The notes beneath the pieces are model-generated. The model made no database searches, was not told the DNA's origin, and was given only the letters and a program-made list of their open reading frames with translations. A stretch of 63,126 bases of DNA, filler included, from Octopus bimaculoides (lineage: Eukaryota): NCBI RefSeq assembly GCF_001194135.2. It is 6 parts of 6 records of this genome, joined end to end, with 100 filler letters (N's around TTAATTAATTAA, not from the genome) between each part and the next. Parts side by side here need not be neighbours in the genome. Positions count along the whole stretch, not along the records: positions 34,912 to 59,575 come from NC_068993.1; positions 59,676 to 61,675 come from NC_068986.1; positions 61,776 to 63,126 come from NW_026401228.1; 3 more parts are not named here. The stretch is one strand, 5' to 3'. Positions within the stretch are counted from its first letter, which is position 1; each line of letters begins with the position of its first letter. A program made the position numbers and the translations under genes. Of the stretch, positions 52,861 through 63,126 are shown piece by piece.

Positions 52861-53903
52861 GAAACTACTATCAAATCCTTCCATGGTCGACTTTACATTT
52901 CGGGTTTGATAAAATAAGAAGCGGTCTATTGAGTCTTGTTCCCCAAATTTCATACTGTATAAGTGTCAATATATTCCAAATTCATCTATGGAATCTGTAG
53001 TATTACCGCCTTCATAAACATGATACGCCATTCCACGAACGTTCAAAATTCCAGATTTATAACCTACCAACACCTAATGCATAGGAAAAATTCAGGTCAT
53101 AATGAATTCTTCATTTAAGCAAGAAACACTAAGCAGATTTTCCCTATTCCCACCACAGCAAACAATAACGAAGTCTAATTGGGATCAAATGGCAACTCAC
53201 TAATCTGAATAGTAATTAAATCAATGGTCGAAAGGTCGAATAATGCCATCATCTAGACCTTTAAGATGATGATCAAAGTTTTAAAGTTCACTTATATCGG
53301 TTTTAAAAATTATGGATTAAATTATGAAATGAATTGAAAATTATTTCATCAGTGGTAAATTTGATGATATTAGTGCAAACGGAGGTGGTGGCGGGAAATA
53401 TGCAATTAGTTTAGTATTTAATTAGCTACGGGAGTTAATTATATCAACAGCAACGTTCTCATAGGTGCAGGTGTGAATATGGTTAAGTAGCGTATATATG
53501 TGATAAAGTATGAAGCTTAATGGAACTATGTGAGGGGTGCTTGGTCTTTGGCATAACAGTTACACATTCCCTGTTTGATTGCACTCATACAAACCTACCT
53601 ATATATATATATATATAAATACAGAGATATATGTATATCCACATACAAATATTTACACACACTTATATATAGGTGTGTATGTGTGTGTGTGTGCGTATAT
53701 GTGTGTATATGTGTGTAAAAACACACAAACACAGACACACACATATTCAAAATCCCGCACGTACGCACAAAGTCGCAACAGACATGGAAAATGTTATTTA
53801 TTTTATGAATTATATATATATCTTATATACTGTAAATATTTATCATATGTATGGGCGTGTATATATATACATATATATACATATATATATATATATATAC
53901 AAA

Positions 53904-53937
<34 letters not shown>

Positions 53938-53956
53938 CATACATATATATATATAT

Positions 53957-53994
<38 letters not shown>

Positions 53995-54099
53995 TCATAT
54001 ATATATATATGTATNNNNNNNNNNNNNNNNNNNNNNNNNNNNNNNNNNNNNNNNNNNNNNNNNNNNNNNNNNNNNNNNNNNNNNNNNNNNNNNNNNNNN

Positions 54100-54142
<43 letters not shown>

Positions 54143-54502
54143 TTACCCAGAAGAATATCGTTGCTGCTGTGATAACAATCTCCGCTGTCTACTAATATAA
54201 CAATACTACTGCCGGCGTGACTACTACAACTACAACTACAACAGATACTAATATTGATATCATAAGAAATATAAGAAATGATACTTATGTGGCTTGCCGT
54301 TCAAGAAACAGCGATATTACATCGGCATGGCATTGTCTTAGAACTAGACGGAATGGACGCAGCTGAAACGTCTGGGATCATAGGTCGGCTGTGTCGGTGC
54401 TTCGTGTTTACCCGCGGCATTATGACAAGAATAGTGACAATAACTGACAGTCATAAATACTACTGCTGCTGCAACTACTACTACTACTACTATTACTACT
54501 AT

Positions 54503-54544
<42 letters not shown>

Positions 54545-54656
54545 AGCTGGTCTTGCAACTGCCAAAGCTCTCTGGTTGTTACTTGGCTGTTATTTGTAAT
54601 AAAGTAAAACCGAGGCAAAATAAATAAACAAATGAATAAATATAATAATGATAGTG

Positions 54657-54837
54657 GTTTCAAATTTTGTCACAAGGGCAGTAATTTTTGTGGGAGGGAG
54701 TGAGTCGATTACATCAACCCCACTGTTCAACTGGTACTTATACTTCTGGCGGAATTTGAACTCAGAACGTAGCGACGGGCGAAATACAGCTAAGCATTTC
54801 GTCCAGCGCGTTAACTATTCTGCCAACTCGCCGCCTT
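54657..54837 (-). mobile_element. SINE family A
   Basis: Reverse complement of the consensus head, next to (AAT)n. A partial + copy lies at 56031-56170. Confidence 0.8.
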
Positions 54838-54841
54838 AATG

Positions 54842-54882
<41 letters not shown>

Positions 54883-55240
54883 NNNNNNNNNNNNNNNNNN
54901 NNNNNNNNNNNNNNNNNNNNNNNNNNNNNNNNNNNNNNNNNNNNNNNNNNNNNNNNNNNNNNNNNNNNNNNNNNNNNNNNNNNNNNNNNNNNNNNNNATA
55001 TATAACTACATTACCAGAAATGGCCCTGTTGAAAGTAACGTTAATATTCTGAGGTCGTTCAGTTTTCTTTAGTTGATCAAAACACCAATTGAGTAAAATT
55101 ATCGGCGGTGTAACTCTAATGATTACTGGAAAGAGCTCTAAGCCAAATTTGTTCCAACAAAGGAAAAATATGTAATGACATTATTTTTAGCTTGTTTCTT
55201 ATTACTACACACATACAAGCACAAACCTAGACAGACACAC

Positions 55241-55301
<61 letters not shown>

Positions 55302-57164
55302 TAGATGTAAAGATATATGTTTATCTGTGTACCTATTTACATGCACGTATACAAGCACCCTCACATATATATGTATATATATATATATGTATGCGTGTGT
55401 AAACGAAATCACACAAAAATACAACTAGCGTAAATGTGTCAGGCCTTACATGCCTCTTCTATGCAAGAAGTATATGAAAGATATTCCATTCTAATAAGAT
55501 TTAATTAATACACTTGTAATAAACGTTTAACAAAATATCAAAACATTTTCTATTTGGTATCTTCTGATTTAAATCGTTTAACACTATTCAATACTACTTG
55601 AATTCACGGATACACATCTACGTAATCGATAATATTTCATACTCTAACAATTATTCTTTAATTATTTTATTACTTTTCACACATTCAAGTTGATATATAA
55701 TCGATTTACACCTCTTTAACTATCACAATTTAATGTTCGAAATAGACTTTTACTGCTGGTGGTCTCGAAGCTGTAGTCGTAACATAATGCTGAACGTAAA
55801 CAGTTTAACGTTTGGCTATATACACACAAACAAACAAACAAACACACACAAGCATTCACACATAAACAGGTGCAAAAATCTCACACACATACAGCCACCG
55901 ACACACACACACATGCACATATATCTACCCACACACACATGCATATATATATATGTATATATATACAGAGAGAGAGGGAGAGAGAGAGAATGGATAGATG
56001 GATATGTATTTATTAACATATATATACAAGGCACGGTCGACTTTGACTTTCATCCTTTCGGGATCGATGAAATAAGTACCAGTTATGCCTTGGAGTCAAT
56101 GTAAGCGACTTAATCCCTTTGTTTGTCCTTGTTTGTCCCCTCTGTGTTTATCCTCCTATGGGCAATAAAGAATATATATATNNNNNNNNNNNNNNNNNNN
56201 NNNNNNNNNNNNNNNNNNNNNNNNNNNNNNNNNNNNNNNNNNNNNNNNNNNNNNNNNNNNNNNNNNNNNNNNNNNNNNNNNNNNNNNNNNNNNNNNNNNN
56301 NNNNNNNNNNNNNNNNNNNNNNNNNNNNNNNNNNNNNNNNNNNNNNNNNNNNNNNNNNNNNNNNNNNNNNNNNNNNNNNNNNNNNNNNNNNNNNNNNNNN
56401 NNNNNNNNNNNNNNNNNNNNNNNNNNNNNNNNNNNNNNNNNNNNNNNNNNNNNNNNNNNNNNNNNNNNNNNNNNNNNNNNNNNNNNNNNNNNNNNNNNNN
56501 NNNNNNNNNNNNNNNNNNNNNNNNNNNNNNNNNNNNNNNNNNNNNNNNNNNNNNNNNNNNNNNNNNNNNNNNNNNNNNNNNNNNNNNNNNNNNNNNNNNN
56601 NNNNNNNNNNNNNNNNNNNNNNNNNNNNNNNNNNNNNNNNNNNNNNNNNNNNNNNNNNNNNNNNNNNNNNNNNNNNNNNNNNNNNNNNNNNNNNNNNNNN
56701 NNNNNNNNNNNNNNNNNNNNNNNNNNNNNNNNNNNNNNNNNNNNNNNNNNNNNNNNNNNNNNNNNNNNNNNNNNNNNNNNNNNNNNNNNNNNNNNNNNNN
56801 NNNNNNNNNNNNNNNNNNNNNNNNNNNNNNNNNNNNNNNNNNNNNNNNNNNNNNNNNNNNNNNNNNNNNNNNNNNNNNNNNNNNNNNNNNNNNNNNNNNN
56901 NNNNNNNNNNNNNNNNNNNNNNNNNNNNNNNNNNNNNNNNNNNNNNNNNNNNNNNNNNNNNNNNNNNNNNNNNNNNNNNNNNNNNNNNNNNNNNNNNNNN
57001 NNNNNNNNNNNNNNNNNNNNNNNNNNNNNNNNNNNNNNNNNNNNNNNNNNNNNNNNNNNNNNNNNNNNNNNNNNNNNNNNNNNNNNNNNNNNNNNNNNNN
57101 NNNNNNNNNNNNNNNNNNNNNNNNNNNNNNNNNNNNNNNNNNNNNNNNNNNNNNNNNNNNNNNN

Positions 57165-57197
<33 letters not shown>

Positions 57198-58756
57198 TGG
57201 TGCTACAGCATGGCCGCAGTCAAATGACTGAGACATATAAAAGAATAAAAGAATATATATATATATATACACATACACCACTACACACTCACACTCACAC
57301 ACACACACAGACGCGCGGGCGCGCATATACACACACACGTGAATATATATGAATTAATGACACCGGAAAATGAATCACGTAATGAAGTTTAATTGCCCGC
57401 AGCTGTTTTTCGTACAAGAGAAACTGCACCACGGGATGAGACTTTGTGAGAAATCCTATTCCTTCATCGAAGCCATTATAAAGGAGTTGTATACTAAAAT
57501 TCAGAAAGTATGTAATTACATAGAAAGAGAAATAATTACGTTCAAAATCATGTTTATAGATAATGCTATATGATTTCAGGGTGAGTAGCCACGACCTGAA
57601 ATATGTAAATTTATACAAATATGTGTATTCATGTACGTACATACTAAACATATATGTCTGTACCTATGCACACACAAATATGCACAGGAATAAAAGTAAA
57701 TAGACGTATGTCGATAACCCAAAGCGAAACAATGACGTATATTTACATATGTTTATGTAAATACATGGTGGCATTCCGTCGGTTGCGACGACGAGGGTTC
57801 CAGTTGATCCGATCAACGGAACTGCCTACTCGTGAAATTAATGTGCAAGTGGCTGAGTACTCCACAGACACGTGTACCCTTAATGTAGTTCTCAGGGTAA
57901 TTCAGAGTGACAGAGAGTGTGACAAGGCTCTTTGTCTTCTCTTCTGGTGCCTTATGAGCATTTAATGTGGTGTTAGAGTCATGTCTTGGCTGCTATTTCA
58001 AGGATGGTGATATCTCTTAGATACTCTGAATTATAATTTATATATANNNNNNNNNNNNNNNNNNNNNNNNNNNNNNNNNNNNNNNNNNNNNNNNNNNNNN
58101 NNNNNNNNNNNNNNNNNNNNNNNNNNNNNNNNNNNNNNNNNNNNNNNNNNNNNNNNNNNNNNNNNNNNNNNNNNNNNNNNNNNNNNNNNNNNNNNNNNNN
58201 NNNNNNNNNNNNNNNNNNNNNNNNNNNNNNNNNNNNNNNNNNNNNNNNNNNNNNNNNNNNNNNNNNNNNNNNNNNNNNNNNNNNNNNNNNNNNNNNNNNN
58301 NNNNNNNNNNNNNNNNNNNNNNNNNNNNNNNNNNNNNNNNNNNNNNNNNNNNNNNNNNNNNNNNNNNNNNNNNNNNNNNNNNNNNNNNNNNNNNNNNNNN
58401 NNNNNNNNNNNNNNNNNNNNNNNNNNNNNNNNNNNNNNNNNNNNNNNNNNNNNNNNNNNNNNNNNNNNNNNNNNNNNNNNNNNNNNNNNNNNNNNNNNNN
58501 NNNNNNNNNNNNNNNNTATATATACATATTTCTATATACCTATATGAATTATAAAAAGAGGAGACACAACCAGGGAAGAACAAGCTTATCAGATCATTCA
58601 AAAATTATCTTAATATAAAGATGAATCGAAATAAAAATATTTACCTTTACTTTTCCTTACTTCGATTCATCTTTATATTAATTAAAATATTTTTCAATGA
58701 TCTAAGAAATTTGTCCTGCCTTGGTTTTGTTTTCCTCTTCCTTTTATTTATACCAG

Positions 58757-58878
58757 CTGACCCGGATGCCTACTCCGGATCCGTGGCTCCAACCGCCGTT
58801 GTGAACCTGGGTCCTAACGGATTACGAATTACACCACATACGCAGCGTACCTATTGGTTTAGATCATCAGTAGCCTAA
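58757..58878 (+). CDS. Candidate terminal coding exon of an unidentified gene
   Basis: Polypyrimidine tract plus ataccag acceptor. GC-rich island in AT-rich DNA. Phase-1 frame DPDAYSGSVAPTAVVNLGPNGLRITPHTQRTYWFRSSVA*. No homology recognised. Confidence 0.4.
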
Positions 58879-59503
58879 AACCTACCTAGTCCCTATACAC
58901 CTATATATATATATATATACTCATATATACATAGATACATACATATATGTGTACGTGTGTGTGTTTGTGTGTGTAGTACTTCGTTTCCTCGAATATTATT
59001 TTTAAATACATATATATCTTTTAAATATTTTTTAAAAAATTGTTTACAGCTGAACTGATGTATACTGGTGAGTAGACATTACAAAACTGTTCAATTCTAT
59101 TTCAAATAGTGTGCACAGACTTTCTTTCATTGCACTTACTCCGCTAAATAGTCAATTTCTCTATTGAGTTCACATACATACGCTGAATTTCCCCAAGGCA
59201 CACTGTAATATTTGTGACGAAAGTATTGTCCATAGACAGCGACGATTATATGTAGAAATGATAATATGAATATCTTTACAAATGCACTCGCATTGACAGA
59301 GACAACAAATCGGTGCGCGTGCATACGTAAACATGATTGTGTAAGTGCATTATTTTCCTTTTCTTTTTTCCAGTATGTGATCAAAATATTATCACGTGCA
59401 CAGTCAAAAGACCACACGCGCGATGATACTTTTGAAGACAGATATGGTGACGATGACGATGATAATGATGATGACGGTGATGACGACAAGAATGCCGTGT
59501 TCG

Positions 59504-59544
<41 letters not shown>

Positions 59545-59675
59545 CTGTGTGTGTGTGTGTGTGTGTGTATATATANNNNNNNNNNNNNNNNNNNNNNNNN
59601 NNNNNNNNNNNNNNNNNNNTTAATTAATTAANNNNNNNNNNNNNNNNNNNNNNNNNNNNNNNNNNNNNNNNNNNN

Positions 59676-59733
<58 letters not shown>

Positions 59734-59836
59734 ATTTATATATATATATGCATACTTACACATACATACATATATTTATCGAGAACGCATACATAGGTAT
59801 TCATATTCATAATTATATATATATATATATTTTTAG

Positions 59837-60637
59837 GATATCGTATTGCACCTCGGTCTTTTTCTGGAAGAACACTCAGTGTGTTTTGGTGGATATTTGT
59901 CTTGGTAACGCTGGTTCTTTATATCGGCTCCATGGCAGCGCACTTACTGGCAAATAGACCAAAAAATGCCTTTCTACCATTCACAACTTTTCATGAAATG
60001 TCCAAACAAAATGAAGTCGCTTATGGGGTTTTAAAATCAGGTTCAACTTTCCGTTATTTTAAAAGGTCATCAGTTCCTGTAGAAAGACGTATTTATGAAA
60101 ACATTATGAAGGATCAAAGTGTTTTGACATCGTCAACAGAGGAAGGTTTGCAAAGGGTGCGAGAATCAAACGGCAAGTATGCCTACATTATGGAAGGCGA
60201 TCTGGCTGAATTTTTAGTTAGTCAAAAACCCTGTGACCTTATGGTAGTCGGAGATATAGGAGATCACTCTTATTCNNNNNNNNNNTGACCTTATGGTAGT
60301 CGGAGATATAGGAGATCACTCTTATTCCTTTGTCACACAGAAGAATTCTTTACTGAGTAATGAGGTAAATCATGCTATTATTAGTCTACAAGAAATGAAT
60401 ACTATTAAAGAAATACATAAGAAATGGATGCTGGGTGAATGTCACACGAATATCTTTTGGGAAGTCTTCATGGACGGTCAAGCGTACTTTGATAAAATCA
60501 CTTCAATACATGACGACATCTTTAGCGGTCTTAACATCGCTTTATTTGCTGGCCCTTTGATAATATTGCTCATTGGAATGATATTAGCTGGATCTTTACT
60601 GGTGGCTGAAGTATTCCTGTCAGGCGGAGATATCAAG
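59837..60637 (+). CDS. Ionotropic glutamate receptor family / variant ionotropic receptor (IR)-like subunit, exon encoding pore-loop end, M3, S2 ligand-binding lobe and M4
   Basis: Acceptor ttttag (59835-59836), phase 1. Reads GYRIAPRSFSGRTLSVFWWIFVLVTLVLYIGSMAAHLL (PRS.SGR...FWW, M3), then YGVLKSGSTFRYF, EEGLQRVRESNGKYAYIMEG, QKPCDLMVVG, EIHKKWMLGEC and M4 LFAGPLIILLIGMILAGSLLVAEVF. Donor AAG|GTAAAT at 60637/60638. Removing the 10-N gap and the duplicated 42 bp gives one open frame. Confidence 0.9.
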
Positions 60638-60726
60638 GTAAATATATAAATTATTATTACTATTATTATTTTATATACGCACAACAGATTAGACTGTTGG
60701 AAAAAAAATTCTTAACATGTGTGGAA

Positions 60727-61425
60727 TAGAGTGTCATGGGCCGAAGATATCAGGCGAGTGAAAAGGAGCAGCTGAAGGACTTGAATTAGAGGTGGAAAGG
60801 GAAGTGATATCAGGTTGGGATTGACAATGGGGTTCCCTAGAAAAGATGTGCAGTTGGAGTCTCTGGGTATTCTAGCCCGTCGTCAGCGATTGGAGTAGTG
60901 AGGGTCGCCAAGTTGCTTGTAAAATTCTAGTCGGAGTATGAGCAATTCCTTCCGATGTCATTTCCAGAGGTTAAGCCAAAGGTACTGGATCGTTGTGTTT
61001 TGGGAATAGACTTGGAAATCTATCCAATTTCGATCTACTGCTTATTCAAGAAATACCATTGTTCGAATGACTTGCTAGATAAATCTGACAACGAATGCTA
61101 TGTGCGTCTGTAATCTGTTGACAGTGTTTTTTTCCATTTGGGAGAACTGGAACATGGGTACTCAAGCCTTGATTTGGCAGCTGCTCACTATACTTCCGAT
61201 ACAGAAGTTAATTTTCTCTTTGGCTATTATAAAAAAATACCGAGCCAAGCCGCTAGAATACCCAAACATTTCAACCGTTCTTCCGTTCTAGCGAACCTCC
61301 TAAGTCAAATAGAGAGCTATCAATCCCGCTCTTCTTCAACTGACGTCAGTTTCCCTTTCACTTCCAGCCAGGTCATTTGGCTGCTCTCTTCTACTCGCCT
61401 GATATTTTCGGTGCATGACTCACTA
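60727..61425. mobile_element. Old MITE/foldback-like element (699 bp) with degenerate long inverted arms
   Basis: ccgaagatatcaggcgagt (60741-60759) matches the reverse complement of 61393-61411 at 18/19. Similarity continues (gagcag, gaaagggaa, gggtattctagc). Both ends read TAG. Confidence 0.65.
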
Positions 61426-61503
61426 TGTCATATGATTTATAAAATGCCAATGAAATATATTTTAGAACACGAAATCAAAGAACGTCACATTGGACTTCTT
61501 TGT

Positions 61504-61545
61504 TTTTAGGATATCGTATTGCCCTTCGTCGGTCTTTGTCTGGGT
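61504..61545 (+). pseudogene. Truncated second copy of the iGluR-like exon start, including its splice acceptor
   Basis: ttttagGATATCGTATTGCccttcgTCGGTCTTTgTCTGG versus ttttagGATATCGTATTGCaccTCGGTCTTTtTCTGG at 59831-59867. Encodes YRIALRRSLSG versus YRIAPRSFSG and is cut off by a SINE. Confidence 0.7.
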
Positions 61546-61885
61546 TCAGCTCCGGGTTCAGTCCCACTGTGTGGTACCTTGAGTAAGTGTCTTCTATTGT
61601 AGCCTCGGACCGACCAAAGCCTAGTAGGTGGATTTGGTAGACGGAAACTGAAAGAAGCTCGTCGTGTCTATATATNNNNNNNNNNNNNNNNNNNNNNNNN
61701 NNNNNNNNNNNNNNNNNNNTTAATTAATTAANNNNNNNNNNNNNNNNNNNNNNNNNNNNNNNNNNNNNNNNNNNNGATAATAAAACAACTACACGTGTTT
61801 CATAACCAAATTTTCAAATAGAAAAAATTTTAAATCGATTAAAACTATCGAAAATCAATTCTATTAAAAAATATAGCTAATCGTC

Positions 61886-63126
<1,241 letters not shown>

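Overview
Eukaryotic, AT-rich, microsatellite-dense, heavily gapped genomic scaffold. The SINE repertoire, repeat landscape and 100-bp gap markers containing TTAATTAATTAA point to an octopus genome (probably Octopus bimaculoides; inference). There are no prokaryotic features: no CRISPR, no rRNA, no operons. Three host coding exons are supported: (1) a probable C-terminal exon of a Lhx1/5-type LIM-homeobox gene (+, 1539-1729); (2) the winged-helix exon of a storkhead-box (STOX) gene (-, 29754-29984, clean AG/GT ends); (3) a large M3-S2-M4 exon of a divergent ionotropic glutamate receptor / IR-like gene (+, 59837-60637), interrupted only by an apparent assembly overlap and followed by a truncated second copy of its exon start. 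The rest is mostly transposon debris: several tRNA-related SINE families, RTE and CR1/L2-like LINE fragments, Penelope-like remnants, mariner fragments, a Helitron 3' end, an internally deleted Academ (XPG-type) element and several MITEs. The most interesting observations are the non-canonical gate motif of the iGluR-like exon, a 129/130-identical inverted duplication at 44.0-44.6 kb, a MITE whose TIRs carry octamer+CCAAT motifs, a circularly permuted TTAA-type MITE, and inverted SINEs flanking the symmetric STOX exon. I see no complete novel multi-gene system. All family assignments are from memory of motifs, not database searches.
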